Sequence record: MZ506873
Reading direction: 5' to 3' (one strand)
DNA from: Escherichia phage KW1E_UTAR
DNA length: 45,161 nucleotides
A model generated the notes under the pieces. The model was not told the origin of the DNA. It worked only from the letters and a program-made list of their open reading frames with translations, and did no database searches. The position numbers and the translations under genes were made by a program. Positions 25,761 through 36,256 of this stretch are shown piece after piece; within the stretch, counting starts at the first letter, position 1; every line of letters begins with the position of its first letter.

Positions 25761-26194
25761 CAGAAGTGGAAATCGACAAGGCGCTAGGCGTGATCCTGTC
25801 GAGCGTGGTTAGTGGCTACGGCTGGCGCGTGGCATGGGACAATCAGCATTTCCAGCCAAAGAATGAGACTTATGTTAAGCCGTCATTCATGCCAGCGACT
25901 ACCTGGGCAGCGTCGCTACAGAACAGAGGACGCATCTACCGGGGGATCTACCAGGTTCTTATCATCGCTCCTTCTGGAGAGGGAAGCCAGGGCGCAAGAG
26001 CGCGCGCTGAAGAGATTGTCGCGGCTTTTGAGGCTGCGGCATTGCCTGACGGCGAAGCGATGGTCAGCGGCCTCCGTGTTAATGCTGACGGCGATGAAGT
26101 ATACTTGACCGGGCCGGGAACCATCGGCGCTGGATTTAATACTGACTATGGATATAATATTCCGATTACCCTGAACTACAGGGCAGACAGTTAA
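25757..26194 (+). CDS. tail terminator protein, tentative
   Basis: 145 aa directly upstream of the major tail protein; ATGA overlap. Confidence 0.45.
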   Translation: MTEVEIDKALGVILSSVVSGYGWRVAWDNQHFQPKNETYVKPSFMPATTWAASLQNRGRIYRGIYQVLIIAPSGEGSQGARARAEEIVAAFEAAALPDGEAMVSGLRVNADGDEVYLTGPGTIGAGFNTDYGYNIPITLNYRADS

Positions 26195-26211
26195 CCACAG
26201 GAGAGACACAG

Positions 26212-26880
26212 ATGGGTTATCAATTACCGAACGGTTCTACCGTCATGCAGTCAAAGACGCTGTCAGCGCCAGCGAACATCACCGATATCAGCAACGCAGT
26301 AGAACCGGTTGTCACCCTGGCGGCGGCAATTACTGGGCTGGTTCCTGGTGAATACGTGCTGATTAACTCAGCGTGGACGGAGTTCGACAACGGCGTTTTC
26401 AAGGTGAAGGCCGTTGACGGTACTGACGTTACGCTTGAGGCGGCGAACAGCACGGACACCACGGACACGGACATCTTCCCCGCTGGCGCTGGCACTGGCA
26501 CTATGCGCCGCGTAGTTGAATGGGTCCCTCTGCCGTACATCACCGACGTGAACACCGCTGGCGGCGATCAGCAGAACACCAGCTTCCAGCCTCTTCAGCT
26601 TGACCGCGCGATCACGCTGAACACGTTCAAGAACGGCTTCACCCAGACCTTCACGATCACGCATGATTCATCTGATGCGATTCGTCCAGATCTGGAAGCG
26701 GCTGACCGTTCACAGGAAGTTGTGGCGGTTAAGTTCTACAACCCGCGCGCCAAAGAAAACCGTATGTACGGTGCACAGGTATCGTTCTCAAAGATCCCGG
26801 TAACGCAGCCTAACCAGGTTGAAACGTGTGCCGTGACTTACTCGCTTCAGTCCGATATGCGCTTCTACAAAGACGCGTAA
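26212..26880 (+). CDS. major tail protein
   Basis: 222 aa upstream of G/GT chaperones and tape measure; strong RBS; followed by strong terminator. Confidence 0.65.
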   Translation: MGYQLPNGSTVMQSKTLSAPANITDISNAVEPVVTLAAAITGLVPGEYVLINSAWTEFDNGVFKVKAVDGTDVTLEAANSTDTTDTDIFPAGAGTGTMRRVVEWVPLPYITDVNTAGGDQQNTSFQPLQLDRAITLNTFKNGFTQTFTITHDSSDAIRPDLEAADRSQEVVAVKFYNPRAKENRMYGAQVSFSKIPVTQPNQVETCAVTYSLQSDMRFYKDA

Positions 26881-26914
26881 CAGTGACGAAGTAGTCACGC
26901 GATGATAAGATAAT

Positions 26915-26941
26915 GACCGCCGCTTCAGGCGGTCTTTTTTT
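26915..26941 (+). terminator. rho-independent terminator after the major tail gene
   Basis: GACCGCC-gcttca-GGCGGTC hairpin followed by T7. Confidence 0.7.
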
Positions 26942-26961
26942 ACCTACAGGAGAACCAACCT

Positions 26962-27333
26962 ATGTCCGCAATTTTCAGCCTGGTCCCGAACAAGACATTC
27001 GACCACACTATCAACATTCCACGCGCCGGGTACGATGACGCGAAGCTGAAGATGACGTTCAACCATCACTCACTTCGCGACCTGAAGGCAGAACAGAAGA
27101 CCTTCGCCGAAGCTTACGAGAAGGTCAGCAAGATTAAGGACGAAGAGAAGCGCGACGACGAAGGCCGCAAGCTTCAGGTTAAGTTCCTTCAATGGCTGGC
27201 TTCTGGGTGGGAAGTGGCTGACGAATTCAATGAAGCGAACATCCTGACCATGCTGGAGAACTACCCTCGATCCTTCGACGCCATTACTACACAGTATCAG
27301 GCTGAATTGTGGTGCATCCGTTCAAAGGGTTAA
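26962..27333 (+). CDS. tail assembly chaperone (lambda G-like)
   Basis: Acidic 123-aa protein immediately upstream of tape measure; slippery heptamer at its 3' end. Confidence 0.7.
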   Translation: MSAIFSLVPNKTFDHTINIPRAGYDDAKLKMTFNHHSLRDLKAEQKTFAEAYEKVSKIKDEEKRDDEGRKLQVKFLQWLASGWEVADEFNEANILTMLENYPRSFDAITTQYQAELWCIRSKG

Positions 27334-27647
27334 GGGCTGCCGCTGACGGACTCTATCTTCCGGCCCCGCCGCAAACAATGATCGAAATGTTCGGCGGGAG
27401 CGCAGAAGACTACCTTCCCACTGTGGAGGTGGAACCAGCAATTCAGAAGGAATTCGCGCTGTTTGCTGATCTTGATACACAGTGGAATGTCTCATTCGCT
27501 GGCCCGGTAGGGCTGAAGTATGAGGTGGTGAAGGAACTGGCTGAACTGTACGACCTGACATTCGATCGTCTGCTTCTGGATGATATCAGAGTTATGGAGT
27601 CGGCAGCCCTACAGCGAATGAGAACCACGGCACAAGAAAGGGGTTAA
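27324..27647 (+). CDS. tail assembly chaperone GT, -1 frameshift extension
   Basis: -1 frame ORF (track 27309..27647) overlaps the G gene 3' end; slippery A_AAG_GGT at 27324-27330 precedes the G stop. Confidence 0.55.
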   Translation, partial: KGLRAAADGLYLPAPPQTMIEMFGGSAEDYLPTVEVEPAIQKEFALFADLDTQWNVSFAGPVGLKYEVVKELAELYDLTFDRLLLDDIRVMESAALQRMRTTAQERG

Positions 27648-27648
27648 C

Positions 27649-30234
27649 ATGGCAGACAATACCGAACGCCTAGTCATCGAAGCTGACGTCGGCGGCCTTG
27701 GGAAGGCTGGCGAAGCGCTGGATGAATTCGCGCAAAAGGCCGACGGCGCTGGTGAAGCGGCTGAAACGGCATCGAAGAAGACAAAGACCCTACAGGACGT
27801 CTTCGGAGGGGTGGCAACCCCGATCGACGATACCGGGAAGGCGCTGACTGGCCTGAAGGAAAACTATAAGGACCTGACCATTTCACAGGGGCAATATACC
27901 GCCTCTATGCGAATGCTCCCCGCCCAGATGACGGACATCGTCACTCAGTTGGCGGGCGGTCAGAACCCGTTCCTGATTATGATTCAACAGGGCGGACAGA
28001 TTAAGGACAGTTTTGGCGGCCTGTCGAACACGTTCAAGATCCTGAAGGCATCCATCACGCCTATGACTGTGGCGCTCGGTGCGGCTGCCACTGCTATCGG
28101 TCTGATGGGCGCGGCGGCGTACAAGTCCGGCGAACAGTTCGATCGCGTAGCGGAGTCCATTATTTTTATGGGCGGCGCTGGGTTCAAGTCCATGAACGAG
28201 CTAAACCGCGTCGCCAGTGAAGTAGCCGACAAGACCGGAACTTCCCTGTCCAGCGTGGTCGATACCCTGACCGACCTGAACAACAAGGGCGGCATGACGG
28301 CTGACCAGATGAAGACGGCGGCGACAGCTATCGAAATGATGGGTAAGGCCGGGCGCGACACGAACCAGGCGATGTCCGACTTCGCGAAGATCGCGAAGGA
28401 CCCGATCAAGGGAATGGCAGACCTTAACGAACAGTATGGCTTCGTCACCGAAGCTCAAGCGAAATACATCATCGGGCTGAAGGCGTCGAAGGGTGAAGAG
28501 GCAGCCAGTACCGAAGCGATTCGCCTGTTCAGCGACGCAATGCAACAACGCTCTGAAGAGGTCATCGCGGCGACTGATAACATCGGTCAGTTCTGGATTA
28601 GCACGAAGAAGGTCGCGTCCGACCAGTTCGGGCAGATGGGAATCACCATCCGCGCCTGGGGCAACCAGGTGATCGATATCTTCAACATGGTGAAGACCGC
28701 TGTTCAATACTTCTTCTCGTCACTGTCAGACCTTGACGCGAAATTCACCGGGGCGATTATCGACAGCGTCACGGAGATCGCCAACAAGATCCCAGGCGGC
28801 GACAAACTGGTCGACATGACTGGCCTGGCTGAATGGGGCGAGAAGGTAAAACAGCGCGGAGTAGAAGCCCGGAAAGAGCTTGAGATCCAGTCGAAGGAAT
28901 ATAACAAGCTTCTTGCTAAAGTCTCAGACCCGAACGCGCAAGCGAAGTATGAGGCTGAAGCCCGCAACAATTCCAACGTGAAAGCGTCCGGCACAGACGA
29001 GAAATCGCGCCGCGCAGTCAGCGACATGGCGAAGGAATCAGAGAAGAAGGCGAAGGCTGAACGCGTGTCTGTGGACATGGGTGACAGACTGCTTGAACAG
29101 TACCAGGCTCAATCCCTGGCGCTTGAGGCACAGATTAACGTGCTGAAGAACAGAACCGCCTTCCAGAACGACATGTCGCAGCAGATGAAGGACTATCAGC
29201 TTCTTCAGGCGAAGATTAACATCCTGGAGAAGATCAGCAGCGACGAGAAAGGCCGGGCGCTGACGAAACAGGAACAGCAACTTCTGGCACAGAAGGAGTC
29301 CGTCCTTGCGGCAGCGAAGCAGGTCGGCGAACAGGGTGAAGTGGTCCGCCAGCTTCAGAAACAGGCGCAGATCTCCGATGAACTGGCGCGCTCTCATAAC
29401 GACATCAACACGCAGGTCGAAGCTATCGCCGCTGGGTGGGGCAAGTCAGCCACGGACGCTGAACGTCTGCTTCAGCTTCAGACACGCGCGGCAGCACTCC
29501 GCGACAAGGGAGCCACGGACGACCAGATCGCCGTTGACGCGGCGGACATGGAAAAACTGTGGGCCGCTCAGGACAAGAAGCGCGGCGACTGGGTCGGCGG
29601 CCTGAAGTCAGGCATGGAAGAGTTCGCGACGTCGGCGACCGATTACGCCAGCATTGCATCTGATGCCGTATCGAAAGCGTTCGGCGGCATGTCTTCAGCG
29701 CTGGATGACTTCGTCATGACCGGGCGCTTGTCCATGAAGTCATTCACTGTGGACATGCTGAAGATGATTGTCCAGATCATCAACAAGTGGCTTATCCTGA
29801 AGGCTATTCAGGGGATCGGGTCCGCCGTCGGCGGTTCGTTCGGTGACTTCACTGCTGGCCTGTCAGCGTCGCCTGTAAGCGCTATGGCGGCCCCTGCGCT
29901 TGCTGGTGGTGTAATGACCCTCGCTTCGTTCGATAGCGGCTCACAGGAGCGCACAGCGGCCCCTGTGTCGACGTTCGCTTCTAACGTTGTGCCTGAACCG
30001 CAAATCAAGTCCGCTGGAGGCGTGGCGAACCAGTCGGCAGGTGGCGGAGGTGGGACGCAGATCGCACAGATTAACGTCAGCGTTCAGGACGGCAAGGCGT
30101 CAGCCACGACATCGGACGGCGGGGCGGTTGGCAGGGCTTACGCGGCGGTGATTAACGACAGCGTCAACGCCGGGATTGAACGAGCTATCGCGCCTGGTGG
30201 TCGTATCTTTATGGCGCGCAACGGTCGCGGCTGA
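27649..30234 (+). CDS. tail tape measure protein
   Basis: 861 aa, alpha-helical and Ala/Gln-rich, Gly-rich C-terminus, after G/GT. Confidence 0.85.
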   Translation: MADNTERLVIEADVGGLGKAGEALDEFAQKADGAGEAAETASKKTKTLQDVFGGVATPIDDTGKALTGLKENYKDLTISQGQYTASMRMLPAQMTDIVTQLAGGQNPFLIMIQQGGQIKDSFGGLSNTFKILKASITPMTVALGAAATAIGLMGAAAYKSGEQFDRVAESIIFMGGAGFKSMNELNRVASEVADKTGTSLSSVVDTLTDLNNKGGMTADQMKTAATAIEMMGKAGRDTNQAMSDFAKIAKDPIKGMADLNEQYGFVTEAQAKYIIGLKASKGEEAASTEAIRLFSDAMQQRSEEVIAATDNIGQFWISTKKVASDQFGQMGITIRAWGNQVIDIFNMVKTAVQYFFSSLSDLDAKFTGAIIDSVTEIANKIPGGDKLVDMTGLAEWGEKVKQRGVEARKELEIQSKEYNKLLAKVSDPNAQAKYEAEARNNSNVKASGTDEKSRRAVSDMAKESEKKAKAERVSVDMGDRLLEQYQAQSLALEAQINVLKNRTAFQNDMSQQMKDYQLLQAKINILEKISSDEKGRALTKQEQQLLAQKESVLAAAKQVGEQGEVVRQLQKQAQISDELARSHNDINTQVEAIAAGWGKSATDAERLLQLQTRAAALRDKGATDDQIAVDAADMEKLWAAQDKKRGDWVGGLKSGMEEFATSATDYASIASDAVSKAFGGMSSALDDFVMTGRLSMKSFTVDMLKMIVQIINKWLILKAIQGIGSAVGGSFGDFTAGLSASPVSAMAAPALAGGVMTLASFDSGSQERTAAPVSTFASNVVPEPQIKSAGGVANQSAGGGGGTQIAQINVSVQDGKASATTSDGGAVGRAYAAVINDSVNAGIERAIAPGGRIFMARNGRG

Positions 30235-30241
30235 TAGACTT

Positions 30242-30269
30242 AAGCCTTCACATTGTGGAGGCTTTTTTT
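30242..30269 (+). terminator. terminator/attenuator between tape measure and tail tip genes
   Basis: 10-bp stem AAGCCTTCAC-att-GTGGAGGCTT followed by T7, ending at the ATG of the next gene. Confidence 0.5.
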
Positions 30270-30623
30270 ATGGCAATTGATAAATGGAAGTGGGCCGTCC
30301 AGGTCCAGAATGGCGGCGGCGGAATCCAGTATCAGGATCGCCAGCGGACCGCCCAGTTCGGTGACGGTTACGCGCAGAACACGCCGGAAGGGATGAACCC
30401 TATTTCGCTAATCATTCAGGTGGTCTACACCGGGACCACAGCGAACGCGAAGGAAGTCCGTGACTTCATGAACGCGCACAAGACCAAACCATTCACTTAC
30501 GCGCCTCCTGGTGGCGTTCTGGGGCTGTACAACGTCCAGAAGGATAGCGTCCGCTACCAACCACTAAGCCGCAACGTCGCCACTGTGACGTGTACCTTTG
30601 AAACCAACTACGGATTTTATTAA
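30270..30623 (+). CDS. minor tail protein (lambda M-like)
   Basis: About 117 aa, first gene after tape measure, followed by L/K/I/J-like genes; track GTG start at 30255 lies inside the hairpin. Confidence 0.65.
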   Translation: MAIDKWKWAVQVQNGGGGIQYQDRQRTAQFGDGYAQNTPEGMNPISLIIQVVYTGTTANAKEVRDFMNAHKTKPFTYAPPGGVLGLYNVQKDSVRYQPLSRNVATVTCTFETNYGFY

Positions 30624-31372
30624 TGGCTAAGATTATCGACGAAGCGATCAGGCCGGACCCTTCCGGCAAAATCATCCTGGTAGAGGTCGACGGGACCGCG
30701 TTCGGGTCTGAGATCCTGCGCTTCCATTACTGCCCGATCCCGCACTCACCAGCGGAAATCATCGCGGCAAACGGCGACGCGTCGAAGCTGGCCCCGAAAT
30801 CAATCTGGTGGAATGGGTTAGAATTCGGGCTGTGGCCTTTCCAGGTGGAAAATATCGTACTGACAACCGAACAGCAGGAAGAGCCGAAGTTGTCCGTCGC
30901 CAACCTGAACGGCGTCGTCGGGTCGATGTGCGAAACGTTCGAAGACATGGTCGGCGCGAAGGTCAGGGTCATCCAGACTTATACCCGCTTCCTGGACGCG
31001 CGGAACTTCCCCGGAGGCAACCCGGAAGCGTCACCGTCTGAAGCGTACATCCAGACCTACTTCATAGATCGCAAGGACTACCTTGACGACGAGATCGCCA
31101 GCTTCGTTCTGACCAACCCGGCAGACTTCCAGGGGCTGACCATCCCTACCCGCACGATCACCGCATTCTGTCAGTGGCAAGCGCGCGGCCTGTACCGGAA
31201 AGACCCTTGCAACTACGCCGGGACCAAATACTTCGACGAGAAGGGTAATCCGGTATCAGACCCAGCACTAGACAAGTGCGGCGGCTGCCTTCAGGACTGT
31301 AAAAAGCGCTTCGGCGATGACGCGGTTCTTCCATTCGGCGGCTTCCCGGCAGCACAGCTAATTAACAGGTAA
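30623..31372 (+). CDS. minor tail protein (lambda L-like)
   Basis: Position and C-terminal Cys cluster CGGCLQDC typical of gpL-like proteins. Confidence 0.75.
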   Translation: MAKIIDEAIRPDPSGKIILVEVDGTAFGSEILRFHYCPIPHSPAEIIAANGDASKLAPKSIWWNGLEFGLWPFQVENIVLTTEQQEEPKLSVANLNGVVGSMCETFEDMVGAKVRVIQTYTRFLDARNFPGGNPEASPSEAYIQTYFIDRKDYLDDEIASFVLTNPADFQGLTIPTRTITAFCQWQARGLYRKDPCNYAGTKYFDEKGNPVSDPALDKCGGCLQDCKKRFGDDAVLPFGGFPAAQLINR

Positions 31373-31376
31373 CGAC

Positions 31377-32114
31377 ATGAAAATCACAAAGACCAATCTG
31401 GACCAGTTCATCAAACTGGCAAAAGAGAAAGCGCCACAGGAAGCGGTGGGCTTCATCGTCATGAAGGGACGGAAACAGGTGTTCATTCCTGGGCGGAACA
31501 TCGCAGACAACCCCACGGAGTTCTTCGCGATCGACCCTGACGACTACGTCGCGGCGGAACAGGAAGGCGACATCGTGGTGATCCTCCATTCCCACACCGG
31601 GGAACACGCCACGGCGATGATGTCAGACTTCGACATGTCCAGCCTGATCATGGAAGAAATCACCTTCGGGATCTACAGCGTGACGTCCGGCGAATATCTG
31701 GAACACGAACCAGTTAACCAGTCGCTTGTGGGCCGCTTCTTCTGCCTTGGCGCTACAGACTGTTATGGCCTTGTCATGGCATGGCACAAGCAGCAGGGGA
31801 TCGACCTGCTGGACTTCCGCGTTCCGTATGCATGGTGGGAGCGCGGCGAACAGCTTTTCACGAAGGAGAACTTCGAGCGGGCCGGGTTCGTGGAGTCCGA
31901 TCTTGTGCCCGGCGCGATGGTGGTCATGGAAGTGGCGGCTTCCGTCCCTAACCATTGCGGCATCATGATCGACGAAGACCAGCTTCTTCACCATCTACCG
32001 AAATCACTGTCAAACCGCGTAGGCTTCCACGGCTCCTATTTCCACGATAAAATGGTCTACGTGGTCAGACATAAAGACCTTCCACCTCCGGGAGAACTAA
32101 AACCGTGGCATTGA
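31377..32114 (+). CDS. tail assembly protein (lambda K-like)
   Basis: HSHTGEHATAMMSDFD metalloprotease-like motif and Cys/His hydrolase-like C-terminal half; position. Confidence 0.75.
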   Translation: MKITKTNLDQFIKLAKEKAPQEAVGFIVMKGRKQVFIPGRNIADNPTEFFAIDPDDYVAAEQEGDIVVILHSHTGEHATAMMSDFDMSSLIMEEITFGIYSVTSGEYLEHEPVNQSLVGRFFCLGATDCYGLVMAWHKQQGIDLLDFRVPYAWWERGEQLFTKENFERAGFVESDLVPGAMVVMEVAASVPNHCGIMIDEDQLLHHLPKSLSNRVGFHGSYFHDKMVYVVRHKDLPPPGELKPWH

Positions 32115-32695
32115 AAACGATTCGACTATATGGACGACTGGGCGCGCTCTTTGGGCGCGTTCATCGCCTCCACATCGAAACCTGTTCCGAAGCTATCCGG
32201 GCGCTGTGCGTGACCGTTGACGGCTTCGAACAGTACCTTCGCGACAGTAAGAGCATGGGGATCAGGTTCGCGTGTTTTAAGGGGAAACGTAATGTCGGCG
32301 TGGACCAGTTAGCGCTGGGCTTGGGCGAAGAGGATTTTCGCATCGCGCCAGTTCTGGCAGGTGCGAAGAAGGGCGGCGTATTCCAGACCATTTTGGGCGC
32401 TGTCATGGTCGTGGCTGGCATCGTGGCGACGTTTATCCCCGGTGCACAGGCGGCGGCCCCTTACCTTATCGCTGGCGGGATCTCCACTATGGCTGGCGGC
32501 GTAATCCAGCTATTGACGCCACAACCGCCTGGAATGAGCCAGCGGCAGGATGCGGATAATAAGCCGTCATACGCGTTCGGGCAGCCAGTGAACACCACGG
32601 CTCAGGGGAACCCAGTCGGCATCCTCTGGGGGGAGCGTGAAATCGGCGGCGCTGTAATTGGCGCGGGCATTATTGCAAACGAAGTGAGGAACTAA
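32105..32695 (+). CDS. tail assembly protein (lambda I-like)
   Basis: Position between K-like and J-like genes; Gly/Ala-rich hydrophobic C-terminal region. Confidence 0.7.
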   Translation: MALKTIRLYGRLGALFGRVHRLHIETCSEAIRALCVTVDGFEQYLRDSKSMGIRFACFKGKRNVGVDQLALGLGEEDFRIAPVLAGAKKGGVFQTILGAVMVVAGIVATFIPGAQAAAPYLIAGGISTMAGGVIQLLTPQPPGMSQRQDADNKPSYAFGQPVNTTAQGNPVGILWGEREIGGAVIGAGIIANEVRN

Positions 32696-35600
32696 TGGAC
32701 CAGCCTGACAACATGAAGATCATCGAAAAGGCTACCGGGAAAGTAGTGCGCGGCGCGAAGGGTGGTGGCGGAAGCGTTCACACGCCAAAGGAAGACCCGG
32801 ACAGCCTGACAAGCCTGGCTGTCGTTCGTATGCTTCTGGCCCTTGGGGAAGGTGAGTTCGAATCGTTCGGCACTGATGACCTGAAGAAGCGCGTCATGCT
32901 GAACGGTACGCCGATCATGAACGCTGACGGGACCTATAACTTCAATGACGTCGTGATCGACTACCGCCCAGGAACATCTGGTCAATCCCACATTGCCGGG
33001 ATGCCAGCGGTCGAGTCTGAAACGGGTGTCGGCGTGGACCTGAAGGCCACGAACGAATGGACCCAGGCCCTGACAAACACGTCAATCGACGCTGTTCGCG
33101 TTCGAATCGGATTCCCCACCCTTCTACAGCAGAAGTCAAACGGGGACCGTGTAGGCTCGCGCATCGACTACACGATCTTTATCCGCAACCTGTCCGGCGG
33201 TGAGCTGTGGAAGAAGGACTTCAGCGCGATCGGCAAGACTACAACGCTGTATGAACGCGACCATCGAATCGACCTTCCACCATCACAGACAGGGTGGATT
33301 GTGGCTGTGCGACGTAACACGGCAGATAGCACAGACAGCAACCTGGTTAACCCGACTAAAATCCAGGCTTACACAGAGATCGTGGACCTTAAGCTGTCCT
33401 ACCCTAACACCGCGCTTTTGTACGTGGAGTTTAACGCGAAGCTTTTCCAGTCCATCCCGAAAGTGTCCATTAAGGCGAAGGGCCGCAAAATCCGCGTACC
33501 TCAGAACTATGACCCGATCACGCGGACGTATAACGGTTCGTGGGACGGCTCGTTCAAGTGGGCGTGGAGCAATAACCCGGCGTGGGTCTTCTTCGACTGC
33601 GCAACGGAACCGCGCTTCGCTCTGGGTAATAAGATTAACGCGTCCATGCTGGATAAGTGGGAACTGTACCGCATCGCGCAGCGTTGCGATCAGCTTGTCC
33701 CAGACGGTCGTGGCGGAGAGGAACCGCGCTACCTGTGCGACGTCTATATCCAGGGGCGTGAACAAGCCTGGACCGTCCTGAAGGACCTGGCGGCTATCTT
33801 CGCCGGAATGACGTTCTGGGGTGGCGGAATGCTGAACGTGCTTTCCGATCGTCCTGGCGATGTTAAGCAGGTGCTTACCCGCGCAAACGTGGTGAACGGT
33901 AAATTCCAGCGCCACGGCGGAAGCGGGCGAAACCGTCGCAGCGTGGCTAACGTGTCATGGGATGACCCGGCGAACCATTACCAGACGAACGTGGCTGTCA
34001 CGCCTATGATTGAGCTTGTGAACCGCTACGGATGGACTGAACCACTGGAACTGTCGGCGATCGGCTGTACTCGCTTGGGCGAAGCGCAGCGTCGCGGCAA
34101 GAACGCGCTTATCACCAACGTGACCGACGGGACCACGGACTTCAGCATCGGCATGGAAGGGATCGAATTTATGCCGGGCGACATCATCGGCATCGCCGAC
34201 GATACCTTCAGCGGCGGACAGTTCGGCGGACGTGTCGTTCGCGCAAATGGAGCGCGCTCTGTCATCCTCGATCGACCAGTGAACGAAGTTACGAAGGCGA
34301 ACGACTGGATCCTGTTCCGACAGGCCACAGACCCGGACGTTTCCCGCTTCCAGATCGCGTCCATTTCTGCTGACCGGAAGACCATCACCGTGACGACTGA
34401 CATCCTGAAAGGCGTAAACCCGTTCACGCCGTGGGTCGTCGACACTCAGGCGATCGCCATTACCCAGCATCGCGTGATCTCCGTTACCTGGAACGAGCAG
34501 GACAACACGTTCGACTGTGTGGTTCTGAAACATGACCCGTCAAAATATGACGCGGTTGACTTGGGCGCTCACCTGGATGACAGGCCGACCACCCTGATCC
34601 CGCCGGGATTCATGGAAGTGCCGAAGAACATCCAGATCACCAGTTACGAAATGCTCGTTCAGGGTACGCGTCAAACCGTCCTGCGAACCACTTGGGACAA
34701 GGTGAAGGGCGCGGTGGTGTACGATGCTCAGTGGCGTCGCGACAATAACGACTGGATTAACGTTCCGTCCACGTCCACAGAAGGATTCGAGGTTCAAGGG
34801 ATCTTCTCTGGCGATTACTGGGTTCGCGTTCGTGCGACAAACAGTTCTGGCGTGTCATCCCCGTGGGGGGAGGCAGTCAAGACCGGAATCACTGGTCGCG
34901 AAGGTGCTGTTCCTGTTCCGCAAGGTCTGAAGGCTACCAGTCAGAACTGGGGCATCAAATGGAACTGGCTAGCAGGTCGACAGGCTGACACGTCTGACAT
35001 CGCGTTCACCGAACTGGAACACTCAGTCAAGGGACTGTCCGGCTATGGCCCGTTCACGCTCCTGACGACCGTGGCCTTCCCTGCTGACTCGTTCGTTCAG
35101 GATGGTCTTGCCTTCGGTCAGTATATCCGCGTCCGCGCGCGTTACGTTGACCGCTTGGGGAATAAGTCAGACTGGTCGGCAGTGGTTGAGGGTAACGCTA
35201 ACGAAGACGCTGGCGACTACCTAGCTGGAATTACCGACGACCTGCTGACGTCGGAAGACGGCAAGGAGTTAATGAACCAGATTAACACCATGCCGGAAGC
35301 GGTCTATGAATCCATGCTGACCGACTATAAGACCCTTCTGGACGTGAAGGCTGGGGAAGGTAATCAGGTCGCCAGAATCCAAATCGCCTACAACGTGGCA
35401 GTGGAAGCGAACGAGGCAGTCGCGCAGCTTGAAACGCTGGTGGGTTCACGTATCGACGACGCTGAAGCGGCTATTCACACACTACAGACCGCCCAGGCAT
35501 CAATTGAGCAGTCATTCGCGCAGTATCAGCAGACGGTTAGCGCGAAATTCGGTGACGTTCAGGCGTCATTCGATGAACAGGGCAACCTGATCGACGCACA

Positions 35601-36252
35601 GGGGAATCGCATCACTCAGCAGGGCGTCAGAATTGACGATCAGGGCCGACTGATTGACGCGCAGGGTAACAGGATCGCGCAAGCTGAAGCGGCTATCAGC
35701 CAGAACCAGACGGCGATCGCGAACGCTAACCAGGCTCTTGCTACTTACAAGACTCAGGTGGCGGCCCAGTTTAACCAGCAGTCGGCAGCGATTGAGCAGA
35801 AGATGACGTCTCAGTTCACGGCGACAGGCGGTTCAGCGATCTACAGCCTGAAGGCTGGCGTGACCTATAACGGCGTTTACTATGACGCTGGTATGACGCT
35901 GTCAACCATCGCCAACGGCTCAGGAGTGAAGACCCGCGTAGCGTTCAAGGCTGACCAGTTTATCATCGCACACCCTACAACTGGCGGCCTGTTCGCGGCG
36001 TTCGCCGTGGTGGGGAACGATGTGTTCATTGATACGGCACGAATCAGGGCGGCGTCCATTTCGTTCGCACAGATCTCCGACACGCTTCAGTCGTCGAACT
36101 TTGCGTCCGGTCAGAACGGGTGGAGACTGCTGAAGAACGGCACGTTCGAAATTAACAGCGCCAGCGGTAACGGTCGCCTGTTAATCCAAAATAACCAGAT
36201 CCTTGTTTACGATGCATCTGGTCGCCTTCGTGTTCGTTTTGGTCTGTGGTAA
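32695..36252 (+). CDS. central tail fibre / host specificity protein (lambda J-like)
   Basis: 1185 aa; conserved J-like block NPAWVFFDCATEPRFALGNKI...RIAQRCDQLVPDGRGGEEPRY; position. Confidence 0.85.
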   Translation: MDQPDNMKIIEKATGKVVRGAKGGGGSVHTPKEDPDSLTSLAVVRMLLALGEGEFESFGTDDLKKRVMLNGTPIMNADGTYNFNDVVIDYRPGTSGQSHIAGMPAVESETGVGVDLKATNEWTQALTNTSIDAVRVRIGFPTLLQQKSNGDRVGSRIDYTIFIRNLSGGELWKKDFSAIGKTTTLYERDHRIDLPPSQTGWIVAVRRNTADSTDSNLVNPTKIQAYTEIVDLKLSYPNTALLYVEFNAKLFQSIPKVSIKAKGRKIRVPQNYDPITRTYNGSWDGSFKWAWSNNPAWVFFDCATEPRFALGNKINASMLDKWELYRIAQRCDQLVPDGRGGEEPRYLCDVYIQGREQAWTVLKDLAAIFAGMTFWGGGMLNVLSDRPGDVKQVLTRANVVNGKFQRHGGSGRNRRSVANVSWDDPANHYQTNVAVTPMIELVNRYGWTEPLELSAIGCTRLGEAQRRGKNALITNVTDGTTDFSIGMEGIEFMPGDIIGIADDTFSGGQFGGRVVRANGARSVILDRPVNEVTKANDWILFRQATDPDVSRFQIASISADRKTITVTTDILKGVNPFTPWVVDTQAIAITQHRVISVTWNEQDNTFDCVVLKHDPSKYDAVDLGAHLDDRPTTLIPPGFMEVPKNIQITSYEMLVQGTRQTVLRTTWDKVKGAVVYDAQWRRDNNDWINVPSTSTEGFEVQGIFSGDYWVRVRATNSSGVSSPWGEAVKTGITGREGAVPVPQGLKATSQNWGIKWNWLAGRQADTSDIAFTELEHSVKGLSGYGPFTLLTTVAFPADSFVQDGLAFGQYIRVRARYVDRLGNKSDWSAVVEGNANEDAGDYLAGITDDLLTSEDGKELMNQINTMPEAVYESMLTDYKTLLDVKAGEGNQVARIQIAYNVAVEANEAVAQLETLVGSRIDDAEAAIHTLQTAQASIEQSFAQYQQTVSAKFGDVQASFDEQGNLIDAQGNRITQQGVRIDDQGRLIDAQGNRIAQAEAAISQNQTAIANANQALATYKTQVAAQFNQQSAAIEQKMTSQFTATGGSAIYSLKAGVTYNGVYYDAGMTLSTIANGSGVKTRVAFKADQFIIAHPTTGGLFAAFAVVGNDVFIDTARIRAASISFAQISDTLQSSNFASGQNGWRLLKNGTFEINSASGNGRLLIQNNQILVYDASGRLRVRFGLW

Positions 36253-36256
36253 TATC

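Noticed and set aside
27984-29397. Several minus-strand ORFs (154, 168, 124, 119 aa) inside the tape measure gene
   Set aside because: All antisense to a long, well-supported structural gene; typical GC-rich open antisense frames; the whole region is transcribed rightward.
33283-34533. Two minus-strand ORFs (210 and 192 aa) inside the J-like gene
   Set aside because: Antisense to a 1185-aa gene with a conserved J-like block; no supporting signals.
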